Below the pieces are notes generated by a model. That model was given only the letters and a program-made list of their open reading frames with translations, was not told the origin of the DNA and searched no databases. Made by a program: the position numbers and the translations under genes. A stretch of DNA of 62,993 nt, counting the filler, from Hyphochytrium catenoides (taxonomy: Eukaryota > Protista > Hyphochytriomycota), in assembly GCA_900088475.1 (NCBI GenBank). It is 11 parts of 11 records of this genome, joined end to end, with 100 filler letters (N's around TTAATTAATTAA, not from the genome) between each part and the next. Parts side by side here need not be neighbours in the genome. Positions count along the whole stretch, not along the records: positions 9,956 to 18,668 come from FLMG01000392.1; positions 18,769 to 22,515 come from FLMG01003156.1; positions 22,616 to 27,015 come from FLMG01000560.1; 8 more parts are not named here. One strand, written 5' to 3'. This document shows positions 13,872 to 25,600 of the stretch, piece by piece (the stretch's first letter is position 1; the number at the start of each line of letters is the position of its first letter).

Positions 13872-14650
13872 TATCTCCACACGCCAGTAAACGTCTTCCT
13901 GCCGCCGGTTGCTCGCCTTGAGCTTCACTAAATATCCTGCCGTTAGGTGTGTGCGCCCATTGAGCAATGAGCCTTTCAAACCCTCGTTGACTCCCAAGTG
14001 CCAGGTTTAGTCATCATCCTCTCAATCGAGGCATATGCCTCTGTAACTCCCGCAGAATCTCTCTTCCTCTCTCTCTCTGTAGCCTGTGTAGACAGGTGCT
14101 CTATGTGCAGGAACTCCTCTCCTAACTCCTCTCAAGCGTCTCGATGATCCCAGGCAAGCCATAATCTTGGATCTGCAGATGAAGATTTAGAAGAGATTCT
14201 GGACTTTCTTTCAACTCCAAAAAATGGCAAAAGTGGCGGGAATTCTGCGGTTATCAAATAATTTTGTATTTGGTGATCTGATTCATTATCAGTCACCATC
14301 AGAGCCGAATAAATGTGGTTCCAATTTTCTTATATTGGTCCTTTAAAGTACACACAGCATTATTTGCTATACACAAGACTGGTAGTTAATGTGTATGTTG
14401 ACAGAAATGCGATGATATTAGGTAAAGCCGGCGCCATTGGTTCCAGGTTCCGCAGCAGGCAGAGTTCATCGAGTTTTGGCGGACAGTCTTCTTACAGCTC
14501 TTCCAGACGTCAGAAACTGCAGAAATCGGCTTGTTCAGACGCCGGTATGTCAGGGACGCCATAAGGACAGCCTCTGCAAGTGTTAGAGTGAAAAGTGCTC
14601 CAGTGGCTGACGTCCAGCCCGGCCCTTGGGTATGACTGGTGTAGGGAGTC
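13872..14650. promoter_or_regulatory. Probable bidirectional promoter between the Rtt106-like gene (-) and the HA-repeat gene (+)
   Basis: Divergent ATGs about 780 bp apart with an AT-rich, microsatellite-free core at ~14210-14420. Inferred from geometry only. Confidence 0.45.
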
Positions 14651-17242
14651 ATGGGCCTTACCATAAAGACTCTCAGGCTGGCGTCGTCGCAAGCGAAGGG
14701 CTTTGTAGTTCCACAGCTGTCACTGGTCTCTCAGCATTTGCGCCTACGCAGACGGCAACTAATTCATCAAAGCGCCAGGATCCTCGATCACGCGCAAGAC
14801 TCAGGTCTGGTGGGACGGTCTCAGTCTTCCCCAAGGGTCGCTCTAGAGTTCTCTTCAGTGTTCCCATCTAGTAGGAAGGATGAGCTTAGGTCGCTGATTT
14901 ACAAAGATAAACCCGACGTTCCTCTTGATCTGGGCGTCATTGAAGGCGGACCAACGGTAAACTCTGCATTGGCCATCAAAGCTATCAAAACCTATTTCAA
15001 GTGGAGCAAAGGCACCCCACCTCCAGACGACTACGTCTTTCCGGCGGACCCAAGTTTCCCTTCGGACCTTCACGGTTTACCGTTTGGCACCCTTTATAGG
15101 CAGCTTCTGACAACCTATGAAAGACTGCTATGTGGAGGGGAAAAAGTAGAAGTGCAGTCGCGAAAGGAGATTCTCTTTATCTACATCTCGCTGGGTGTGC
15201 TGCACTTTAGGCAGCTCTATCCCTCTCGAACCAGAGTCTCTGGCAAATACCACGTTCCCGCATCAACACCGGATTGGCCACCTATTTTCTATGGCCTTGC
15301 GCTCCATAGTCGCGTCAGGCCCTTCACTACCTTCAAGACTGACAACCCACCGAAGCACATGATCCGAACCGCAAAAGCTCTAGGTATTCACACTTCCACT
15401 CGGACTGTTGCCGCTAACTTTGCCGATATTTATAGCGCACTGGTGCGATTTAAACAGCTCTATGGCCACGTTCATGTGCCCATAACTTACAAGATACCCT
15501 CAAAGGATCCTGCATGGCCTCCAGAGCTGCAAGGACAGAACTTAGGGAAGAAGATCTGGAACATAAAGTGCAAGGAGGCGTACATCTCTGACCGTTCAGA
15601 TCTTCGGCGGCTGTTAGAAGACCTCGGCTTTGTATGGACATTAAGGATCGATGAGGCATTGCCCGAGGCAACGAGGATCAAGTATATTTATGGCGCGATG
15701 GTGGAGCTAAAGAAGATTGACCCGCAAGTGACTGATGTCGTCCCGAGAGGCAGAAAGAAAAGCTCGACAGACCAGGCAGAAGGCGGAGAGTGGGCAAACT
15801 TAGGCTCGAACGGCGAAGAAGAGACAGATGGTTTTCCAGTAAAGGTGCCCGCCAACTACATCGTAAAATTTGACGATGTGCGCTGGCCCGCCAAGTTCCG
15901 AGCGCTCCAGCTGGGCCGCTCCCTTGCCTGGCTGGGTCGGAGGGCCCAGGAAGGCTCCGAAGCCGCACAACAGGCATGGACAGCGATAGAATCGATGGGC
16001 TTTGATCCCACACCATGTTGGTCGGAAGGCCAGAAGAAGAATATCGTCAGTAACCAGAAGAAATGGCAGAGAAAGCAAGAGAAAAGCGGGGCGTTCAAAG
16101 TCCTTCTCCAGGCTCTCTCTCTCTATAAAGAACTATACGGCGGCTTTGAGCTTCCCAGAGATTTTGTCGTCCCTAAAGACGACGTCCGTTGGCCATCACC
16201 TCTACGGGGTTTTGCTTTGGGAAGGAAGGTCGCGGAAGTGTGGAGTAAGAAGATAGAGTCAGAACGAAGGCTGTTGCTCCTCTCAGGCTTCACGCCTCGA
16301 GATGTCCTTGAAGGGACAAAGGACGAGGTGCTGGAGGCCATACGGCTCTTCTTCTATATCTATAAGGGAGGGAAACGGCTCACCTTTGGCTTCGTTGTCC
16401 CAGAAGACGATCCACGCTGGCCGCCCAAGTTTCGAAGCTTTCGATTGGGAGAGATGTGCTATAACGTCTGGAACGATAAGGGAGAAGCGCCACAAGGAGA
16501 AGAGGAGGCCAAGACCTGGAAGAGAGAGAGAGGAGAAATAAGAGAGTTGCTCAGGATGTATCAGCCCCAGGGCGTGCCCACTAAAGACATGGCCAAGGAA
16601 TTTGGGCGCCTTCTCGAGGCTGGAAAGATCTACCGCCAACTCTTCCCTACCGGGGAGGTTCCTGTCAACTTCACCGTCCCAAAGAGAGGAGAAGAAGGAG
16701 CAAAAGAGTGGCCTTCTCATCTGCACGGGATGAAGTTTGGAGACCTGGTGGCCAGGATCAAGAGGAGAGGCTACTATCTCATGGACGGAGAGCACCGAAA
16801 GGCTTTAGAGGAACTGAAGCTGTGGGATGAGAGGACGGCGACGGGTCCACTGGTGCTGCAGACGTTGGACGGACTCATTGTCTTCAAGCGCATCTACGGT
16901 CATACAAATGTCCCAAAAGACTTTGTGATTGATGCCCATTCGTCTTCTCTCTCTCTCCCCTCTTCTCCCTCATCACTCTCCGCTTCCAGTGGGTCGTCTC
17001 TCTCTTCGTCGTCTCTCTCTCCTTATGATAAGCTCTGGCCCGAGCATCTTCACGGCTTTCACCTGGGCAAATGGGCAAACAGTTTCCTGCGGACCCTGGA
17101 CTATCTTCCCATCGACCTGGTCGAGCTGTTTGAGGCTGCAGGGCTGGCGCAGCGAGAGAGGGAGGGAAAGAGAGATGGAGGAAAGAGAGGAGAGCGTCGA
17201 CGATTCTCAGTAGTTGACATCATGATGGCACTGACCAAGTGA
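14651..17242 (+). CDS. Intronless 863-aa protein with about 8 helicase-associated (HA)-like repeats; possible mitochondrial presequence
   Basis: Long uninterrupted ORF. Repeat consensus AL..(F/Y)K..YG...VP..F.VP..D..WP..L.G..LG, e.g. ALVRFKQLYGHVHVPITYKIPSKDPAWPPELQGQNLG and GLIVFKRIYGHTNVPKDFVI..WPEHLHGFHLGKW. The N-terminus is Arg/Ser/Leu-rich with no acidic residue in the first ~45 aa. Confidence 0.85.
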   Translation: MGLTIKTLRLASSQAKGFVVPQLSLVSQHLRLRRRQLIHQSARILDHAQDSGLVGRSQSSPRVALEFSSVFPSSRKDELRSLIYKDKPDVPLDLGVIEGGPTVNSALAIKAIKTYFKWSKGTPPPDDYVFPADPSFPSDLHGLPFGTLYRQLLTTYERLLCGGEKVEVQSRKEILFIYISLGVLHFRQLYPSRTRVSGKYHVPASTPDWPPIFYGLALHSRVRPFTTFKTDNPPKHMIRTAKALGIHTSTRTVAANFADIYSALVRFKQLYGHVHVPITYKIPSKDPAWPPELQGQNLGKKIWNIKCKEAYISDRSDLRRLLEDLGFVWTLRIDEALPEATRIKYIYGAMVELKKIDPQVTDVVPRGRKKSSTDQAEGGEWANLGSNGEEETDGFPVKVPANYIVKFDDVRWPAKFRALQLGRSLAWLGRRAQEGSEAAQQAWTAIESMGFDPTPCWSEGQKKNIVSNQKKWQRKQEKSGAFKVLLQALSLYKELYGGFELPRDFVVPKDDVRWPSPLRGFALGRKVAEVWSKKIESERRLLLLSGFTPRDVLEGTKDEVLEAIRLFFYIYKGGKRLTFGFVVPEDDPRWPPKFRSFRLGEMCYNVWNDKGEAPQGEEEAKTWKRERGEIRELLRMYQPQGVPTKDMAKEFGRLLEAGKIYRQLFPTGEVPVNFTVPKRGEEGAKEWPSHLHGMKFGDLVARIKRRGYYLMDGEHRKALEELKLWDERTATGPLVLQTLDGLIVFKRIYGHTNVPKDFVIDAHSSSLSLPSSPSSLSASSGSSLSSSSLSPYDKLWPEHLHGFHLGKWANSFLRTLDYLPIDLVELFEAAGLAQREREGKRDGGKRGERRRFSVVDIMMALTK

Positions 17243-17763
17243 TAAATAGACTCTTTGGTTTATAACAGAATATAAAGCTGGATAGCTACCTACTCTGACT
17301 GGTCTCTTGCTCTCTCTCGTGATTTCTCTCTCCCTCTTTTTCTCTCTCTCTTTCTTGTTTGCACTCTTTTTCTCTCTTTTATGACCTGGCTCTATCGCTC
17401 TTTCTTTACCTCGACAGCTATGGCTTTATAGAGATTCTGAAAGATCTGACCGCTCCAAGGCTTCCCTATACTTCCTTCTCTTTCTCTCTTTCTCTCCCTC
17501 TTTCTTTGTCTCCTACTCTCTCTCTCGCATGGATCAAACAGGAACTATAAAGCGGAAGGACCTGCTTCGGGGTCCAAGGGTTTCTCTTCCCTCTGCCGTG
17601 ACCTTCTCCTTTGTCTCTCAGCAAGCTGTCTCCGTTCGCTGGTGGACAATAACGATAAGCTCAGAAGAATGGTCTCCATATAGCCAAACTCGAGGAAGCA
17701 GGAGCGGATGATCAATGGAGACGGACGACAGGGCGGAGAGGACACAGAAAGAGCGAGCGAGCG

Positions 17764-17814
<51 letters not shown>

Positions 17815-18205
17815 AAAGGAGCAAGAGACAGAGAGAAAGGGAGCGGGAAGTAAGAGAAGGTTGAAGGGCTGCAGGTGGAGACAAACAGAAGAGAAGAGAA
17901 ACAGAGAAGAATAGTATAAGAGAGAGAGACAGACACAGAGGGAAGTTAGGAAACAGCACGAGGAACGGAGATAAAGGGGACAGAAGAGCAGCAGAGAGAC
18001 ACACAGAGACCAGGAGAAGAAAGACCAGCGTTTTCGTCTCTCTCTCCCTCCTCAGTCGTCACTCGCCACTCATTTCCCTGTCTCGCCCCTCTCGTCCCCT
18101 CTCTCCCTGCATTTCATTCGTCTGCGTGTCTCTCGTCGTCTTGGGTCTTTTCTTGAGTCCTTCTCTGTGGTTCCTTTTTCTCCCAATAACTTCTCTTTCC
18201 TCACT

Positions 18206-18245
<40 letters not shown>

Positions 18246-18531
18246 CCTCTCCCTCTTTCTCNTGCTTTGGGGCAAACATTAGGCTGGCACTCGCTTCACG
18301 GAGAAACGCGGTCCGAGTTATCGCGTCCCTTACTTCATCTCCATCTCTCTCGTGCACCTACCAGACCCAGGTCCTATGTCTTCCATCCGTCTCTCTCCTG
18401 TCCATCTCTCTCTCTCTCTCTCCCTCTCTCTCTCCTGTCACTTTTCTCCCCCTTAACCCTATCCTCTCGGCGTCGCTCGATGCTGTTTCTTTATTACTCT
18501 CTCCATTACTTCTTTTTTCTCCGCTATCCAA

Positions 18532-18645
18532 CTCTCTTTTCACTCTCTTTCCTTCTCTTTCTCCCTCTGCTAGTCATCTACTTCTCTCTTTTCACTCTCT
18601 TTCCTTCTCTCTCTCCCTCTGCTAGTCATCTACTTCTCTCTTCTT
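18532..18645. repeat. Two-copy tandem repeat of about 57 bp
   Basis: CTCTCTTTTCACTCTCTTTCCTTCTCTYTCTCCCTCTGCTAGTCATCTACTTCTCTC occurs twice head-to-tail. Confidence 0.8.
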
Positions 18646-18768
18646 CCCTCCACTCCCCCACCCCCACCNNNNNNNNNNNNNNNNNNNNNNNNNNNNNNNN
18701 NNNNNNNNNNNNTTAATTAATTAANNNNNNNNNNNNNNNNNNNNNNNNNNNNNNNNNNNNNNNNNNNN

Positions 18769-19975
18769 CAGGGTTGAGATGGTTTACCCACCTGTATGTG
18801 TGAGAAAGAGAGAAAAAGAGAGAGAGAGGAAGAGAGAGAGGGTGAGCAGTTAGCCCGACAAAAGAAAGGTGGACATCAGCCGTGACCCGGCTTAGGCAGA
18901 GGGTCATATCTCAAGGACAAACAGACTGTCTGATAACCTAGTCTAAGGAAGAAAAGACAAAAAAAGAGAGAGAAAAGAGAGAGAGAGAGAGTAGAGAAAG
19001 ACCATCCATCACCTCACCTCTCTCTGCACTGCTTGCCTAGTCTCCCAGTGTTGAGTTCGCCAGCGATCTCTGACCATTGTTTAGTGCCATATTTCTGCAC
19101 CAACTGTATCACGAAGTCGTCCTCCTACATACAACCGAGAGAGGCGAGAGAAAGCGGAAGTGAGGGGACAGATGGGGAGGGAGAGAAAGAGAGAGAAGAG
19201 CTAGAAGGCATCAAGAGATCTCTCTCTCTCTCTCTCTCCCTCTCTCCGTCTCTGCCTTCCACTCTCCTGTTCTTGCATCTCCAAGCCTACTTTCCATTTC
19301 TCGTCTCTGGTCCCCTCTCTCCCTCGCAGTTTTCTCGCTCTTTGTCTCTCTCTTTTCATGCCCTTACCTCTTTGGTCCATGGGCCTTTCATCAGTCCAGG
19401 CTTCAGAACTTTCTGCCAGCGGTGAAGACACTGGACGTCTGTCCTTCCGCAGAGCATTGAGGCGATTGCCTTCCATTGTTTTCCCTTATATTTCTTCACC
19501 GCGTGGCGGAGGATCTCGTCCTAGAGAGTAACGCAACGGAGAGAGAGAGAGAGAGTGGTTAGGCTTGGATAATGAGAAGATTATTTCTTATAGCTATAGG
19601 CACTGACATTCGATCAAGAATAGAGCCAGTAGAGGAGACATTGAGAGAAAGAGAGAGAGAGAGAGAGAGCAAGACGACAGAGAGAGAGACAGACAGACAG
19701 ACGATCGCTCGCCTCAATCTGTCTCTCTCCTCTCTGTAACTGACCTCTTCCGCGGTCCATTTCCCCTTGTGCGGCAGCGAGGGAGAGCTCTCGCTATTAT
19801 CCTTGCTTAAGGCAGGACTGGGACTGCCAGGAGACGAGCAGGCCGCGGTGCCCAACTGACTTTGCGCACTCGTTGTCTCTTCTTCTTCTCTCTCTTCTCC
19901 CAGACCAGAGCTCTTCCCTCCCTTCGATTGTTGCGCACGGCCTGCGATGAGGGCGCTGACGGGAAGGTAGGGCAT
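18769..19975 (-). CDS. MYB transcription factor, probably three-repeat (R1R2R3/c-Myb-like); 3' truncated by gap
   Basis: Exons 19975-19745, 19520-19368, 19124-19018 and 18791-18769 splice to KGKWTAEEDEILRHAVKKYKGKQWKAIASMLCGRTDVQCLHRWQKVLKPGLMKGPWTKEEDDFVIQLVQKYGTKQWSEIAGELNTGRLGKQCRERWVNHLNP. RTDVQCLHRWQKVL is the R1 signature of 3R-MYBs. Confidence 0.95.
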
Positions 19976-20698
19976 TGAGCTCTCTCTCTCTCTCCTATTA
20001 CTGCAGACACTCTGTCTCTCTCTCTTTCTTGACTATCTCTCTAACCGCGCTGACAGCGAAGATTTTGGTTCATCGCTCTGAAGAGCCCCGTTGGGGCTGT
20101 TGACCGAGAGAGAGAGAAAGAGATGGGAGCAAGCCGTTGAGCGCTTCTTTCTTTCTCTCCCTCTCTCTTCCAGCTAGCGACGTTCCTGTTAGCAAAGGCT
20201 TCCTCCCTCTAGAGCCGCAGCAAGTTCAGCACACTCTTTCTCTCTCTCTCTCTCTCTTTGAGTAAGGGTTTTCTTTGTCTTGCGTTGGTCTGTGAGAGCT
20301 CTGTCCCTGCTGTTATTATCTTAGGGCATCGAAGGCAGCGGCTTCAGCTGAGCTCGAAGGGGCAATAAAATTTGCGATGACGGCAGCTTTTGGTCGCACG
20401 GCACTCATCTTGTCCCTCTCTCTTCCATCTCTCTCTCTCTCTCTCCATCTCTCTCTCCCCTCTTCCTCCCGTATGCACTTCTCTGTCTTCTCTCTTCTGT
20501 CTCTCCTCCCCTGTCTTCGAGAAACCTCTCTCTCTGTCTCTGTCTCTTTCTCTTTCTCATTCTCTCTCTCTCTCTCTCGCACACTGTCTTCCGCCTCTCA
20601 CTCTGCCTCGTACTGCACTCTGTTTCCGGTCTCTTCTCTTCTTTCCTTAGGACAACATTGCCCCTTTTTTTTTCTTCCTCTCTCTCTCTCTTCTCTCT

Positions 20699-20759
<61 letters not shown>

Positions 20760-21737
20760 GCTATCACAAAATCTTCATGAGATCGTAATATTCTAACCTC
20801 TCAAACTGTCTAAAGAAGGAGTCCTTTCCTTTATGGCCTGGACCTGAAATACAAGAAAGCTCAACTCATCACAAAAATACCTTTTCAAGTAGGATTATTA
20901 TATTTCAAGCTTGATGAGAAGCTGTTGCTAGGACAGAGGGAAAAAGAGAGAGTAGGAGAGAGAGCGAGAGAGGAGGGCAGGAGAGAGAGAGAGAGAAGAG
21001 AGAGAGAAAAGAGAGTGAGGAAAGAGAGAGAGGAGAAGCTCTGTGGACCTGGAGGCGTGAGGAAGCGACACCTCCAGACGTGTAGAGGCAGAGCAGGCGG
21101 ACACAAAGGAAGAAAGAGAAGGGGAAAGGAGAAAAGAGGAGAGAAGAGAAGAGAAGAGAAGAAGAGAAGAGAGGCGCGAAGAGTAGTCAGAGAGAATGAT
21201 GAGACGGAAGCATTTGGGGGAAAGTAGAGGCTGACGGATGGACGCCGCAGTGCGCCCAAGAAGCGATGGGATCTAAGGGAAAAGAGGGGAAAAGAGAGAA
21301 AGAGAGAAGACAGACAAACTTGAATAGAGACAACGGGAAGGAAAAGTCATTGGACAGGACCCTTCATCTGCAGTGGTTAATGTATGCCCAGTACTTTGGA
21401 TAGAGGCCAACCATCTCTCTTCGCTCCCTGCATCTTTGGACGTCAATCTCTTTCTCTCTCCCTCTCTTTTCTCTCAGTCATTTTCGCTGTCCCTCTCTGC
21501 CTTCTCTCTCTCTCCTCTCTCCCTCTCTCTCTTCTCGCTCTCTCCCCTCTTATCCTCTGCCCTTGCTCTCTACTGCGCAATGCCTTGTCACGTCAAACAA
21601 CAGACCTCTTTATTCGTGTCAATAGTATTGAAAGAGCGGAAAAGAGAGAACACTGCCTCTCCAGAGAGAGTGGAAAAGAGAGAGAGAAAGGAGACTGCCA
21701 GCATCTCTCTCCACCTTTCACCCTCTTCTCTCTCTCT

Positions 21738-22097
21738 CTAGTTGTCCACAGAGATAACGATGATAATCACAATGATGGCGATGATCACTAGCACCGCGGC
21801 AATAAGCATCGTCTGCTTCAGCCGCGCCGCTCTCTGCTGCGCCTCTGCCTCTTCTAACATCTTCTTCGTCCTCTCCGCCGTTGACTTTGTCCCTCCAACT
21901 CTCTCTTCAATCTGGTCAATCTTCTTCCCGTCTGTCTTTATCGCGTCGTCCACTCGGATGGCCAGCTCCTGCAGCTCTTGCATGCTCTGGACGATCTCGG
22001 CTGACACGTCAGCGTTGTCTTTAGACTCTGTCACGTCCACAGCTTTGAACTGGATCTCATCCATCTTGATCTCGATCTGGAGTTCTTCTGTTGTTAT

Positions 22098-22131
<34 letters not shown>

Positions 22132-22515
22132 CCGGTAGGTGGGTGAGAAGAAGCAGAAGCCACATATGTGACTTAGGGAGAGAAGGCTGAGAGAAATGCC
22201 AAAGATTACCGGTGAAGAGAGAGAGAGAGAGAGAGAGAGACTCTCCCGCACGGCAAGTACGGGACTTAGCGGATAGAAAGAGACGAGGATTAGAGAAGAG
22301 AGAGAGAGAGAGTGGATGTCTAAATAGCAGCATAACCAAGGCATGAGAGAGAAAAAAAAGAGAGAGAGATGGAGAGAAAGAAGGAGAGAGAGAGATCATT
22401 GACTCACCCTTAGGCTGCTCCTCCTCTGACTTCCCTGCCTTCTTCGTGGGGGAGGCTCTCCCTCCTGCCTTGAGCTTGAGCTCGGCCGCCTGCTTGTGCA
22501 CGCGCTGGAAGTCTT
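21738..22515 (-). CDS. Syntaxin-like (Qa-type) SNARE with C-terminal transmembrane anchor; 5' truncated
   Basis: Exons 22515-22408 and 22087-21738. SNARE heptads (IVQSMQELQELAIRVDDAIKTDGKKIDQIEERV) are followed by a basic juxtamembrane stretch and TM MLIAAVLVIIAIIVIIIVI, then the stop. Confidence 0.82.
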
Positions 22516-22615
22516 NNNNNNNNNNNNNNNNNNNNNNNNNNNNNNNNNNNNNNNNNNNNTTAATTAATTAANNNNNNNNNNNNNNNNNNNNNNNNNNNNN
22601 NNNNNNNNNNNNNNN

Positions 22616-25600
22616 ACTCCAAGGTACAAGCTTCACCATGCCCATCCGCTGCTTACAGTCGAACTCTCCAGTGCTCTCGCACCACTCATCGAATTGACAC
22701 GGCACATACGCGTCCCACTTCCTCGGCCTATTGGACGCAAACTTGTGTACAGAAGGATCAGGAATGAAAGTTCCCTGTGTACAGATTGGGGTGCCGCAGT
22801 CGTGACCACTCCAGCCAATGGGGCAGCTGCAGGTATTAGGCGCGGTGCAGTAACCACCGTTCTTACAAGACTGCTTGCAGACAGGGATGCGACAGTCACT
22901 CCCTGTCCATAGGTCTGGGCATTGACACATATCCGGACCCACACACCGTCCTCCGTGGCCGCAGGTAAAGGAACAGACTGGGGTGGTGCAGTTCGAGTCA
23001 AACCATCCTGGGCTGCAAGTGCATGTGTCTGGGGCGGTGCAGGAACCATGCATACAATCTTGAACGCAGAGGGGCGTGTCACATGCAGCCCCTCCATAGC
23101 CAGGTATACAGCCGCAGCGGTTGGGGCCTACACAGACCGAGCGAGCTGGGCACGGAGAGGAACAGACTGGAGTTGTGCAGTCGTCTCCTGTCCAACCAGG
23201 TTGGCATTGGCAGGTCTCCACGGCAATGCAGCTGCCTCCGTTCTCGCAAGGCTTGCTGCAGACCGGTGAGACGGCGCGAATACGATGATTGTACGTGTCT
23301 GCCACGTAGACCGTCTCAGTGTCCGGCTTGTCTGATTGTAAATAGAGAGAAAGCCCATGTGGACGATTGAAGGCTGACTCTTGAGGGGGAATAGTGTCCA
23401 GAAAGCCGCAGCTACGCTCAAGCTTGGCAGCCGGCTTGCCCCCGATTGTCTGTAAAAGGAACAGATCAGTAGATGATAACGGAAACAGTTTGCTTAATTT
23501 TGAGGGAGAAATAGCGAGGTAAAGAGGCCAAGCTAAGCAAGAAGGAGAAGCAGCGGCTCTCACTTGAACTGAGGCTGCGGATAAGTGCAGGTCTTCCACT
23601 GAGAAGAGGCGTGTGGCTTCCAAGAGGTCCGTAATGGCTTGGGAAGTGATGCCGTTACGTACGGAGCCCATTGCGGAAGAAGTAGAGAGGTCAGTTAGCC
23701 CACGCTCCAGTACGACGGCCATAAGACCGCCTTCAGAGCCCAAAATCCCAGCATGTATGGCGGCTTTACAGAGGCTCGAGCCCTCAGTGTACTTGCTATC
23801 TCCCTTCAGGGGCGCAGAGCTACTTCCGCAGTCCGCAGGACACTTAAGGTACAGGCGAGTGCCATATCCTGTGTCTTCATCAATAAACTCTATGGGCTCG
23901 CCATTGCTGTCAACCATATCTACAGCCAGCGGCCTGACGTAGAATGAGGGGTCAGACCATCTCTCGGCGCGCTTACTCGTTCTTCTCACCCTTTTAGCAA
24001 TCGCGAAGGAGGGGCGGCCCCTGTGCAGTCCCAGACTGTCCTACCGTCCCGGTCCAAGCCTCGAAGAACATCAGACTGATTTCTGGTCCGGAAGTTGTAG
24101 TAGATGTTACCTGCATAAATGCTGTTATTATAGCCTGAGCAGCCCGGAGCAAGTGTGAACCAGACCAGTTAGAAAGACTCGGGCACCTACTGGCTTGTGG
24201 CGTTAACACAGCCCCCATCTTATCCATCTGGGGCACATAAGCGGAGCATCCAGAGGGCCGGAGAATCTACGCTCGATTCGTCAGAACGTCAGAATCAGTC
24301 GGGATGAACAAATTCCCGCTCGCTCACCTCCACGAGGCGAGTTTGACAGGTCACATTGCGTGCGACCAAGTTAACAGGGGAGATTTGCCGTAGGCGACAG
24401 GAGCCAGCATCAGATACGAAGAGTCTCCCCGTGCCGCTCATTTCAATCCCCATCGGTCTGTGAAAATGCGCTTCTTCACCAGTACCGTCAGTCTCTCCGT
24501 TACTTGCCTGCCCAGCGATAGTTGTCACGCGGTTCTGGTGCTCCACCCCTCCTAGAATGGCTTTAATATCTCTGTAGAGCACTCTTCTCACCCGATGGTT
24601 GTCTGTAACCAAGAGTGAGCTATTCTGGCCTACTGTTACGCTCGAGGGAAAGGAGAACTGGGCATGAGTCAGATTCCCGTCGCGGAAGCCTCTGACACCT
24701 CGCAAGCAAGGTGGAGGGCAACCAGACAACTCGTCTGCAGGCCTCACATTTCCAGCAAGTGTGATAACAGTGCGATTGGGCCTATAAGTTGAAGAGTTGA
24801 GCATCAGCTATCTCCAACGTATAGAAATCAAAAGGCGAGGAGAGAGGCAATAGCACCTACAAGATCATCCGAATTAGGTGGTTCCCAGTGTCCGCCACGA
24901 AAACGATGCCGCCCCCATCTACCGCCACGCCAAGAGGGCTGGAAAACTTAGCAATAGCACCTGGGCCGTCGGCAAAACCGGGCTGAGGGGTGGCTAAGTT
25001 CTGCAAAGTGAGCGATACAGAGATGTCAAGGTATAAATTGGTTCCATTGGGTTAGGTGTAGACTTCCATTGGTATAATTCACAAAGAATTTTCTTACCTC
25101 CGAGAGGGTCTCTGAGTCCGTGCTGGGCCCGCATCGCCCAGCGTAGCAGGAAACACTCCCGGAGGTAAGGTCGAGCTTCCGAATGCGATGGTTCCCTGTG
25201 TCAGCAATGTAAAGGATCCTGTGTGGTACACCCCCTTGCAACTCTATCCAGTACGCGATAGAGCTAGGAGAGGAAAAACTTGATGCAAGGGCGGGCCCAT
25301 CGACGGAGCCTGGGACCCGAGTCCCTGCTACTGTGGAGACGACAAGTGATCCCGAGCCCCCAACCTGCACCTTGAAGCGGTGTAAGCCAGACAGGGAAAC
25401 AGGGCCGGTAGGAGCACACTAAGTAAAATGCCTACCTTCCGAATGCAGTGATTTCCCGTATCGGCCACATATACGCTTCGTTCTTCATCCACTGCAACGT
25501 CCTGAGGGTGAGAGAATTGCGCGTCCTTTGCCACGCCGTCCTAAAAGGACGAAGGGCAAGAGGGAGAGGGAGAGAATGCTGTTCAAATAGAGTTCACTAT

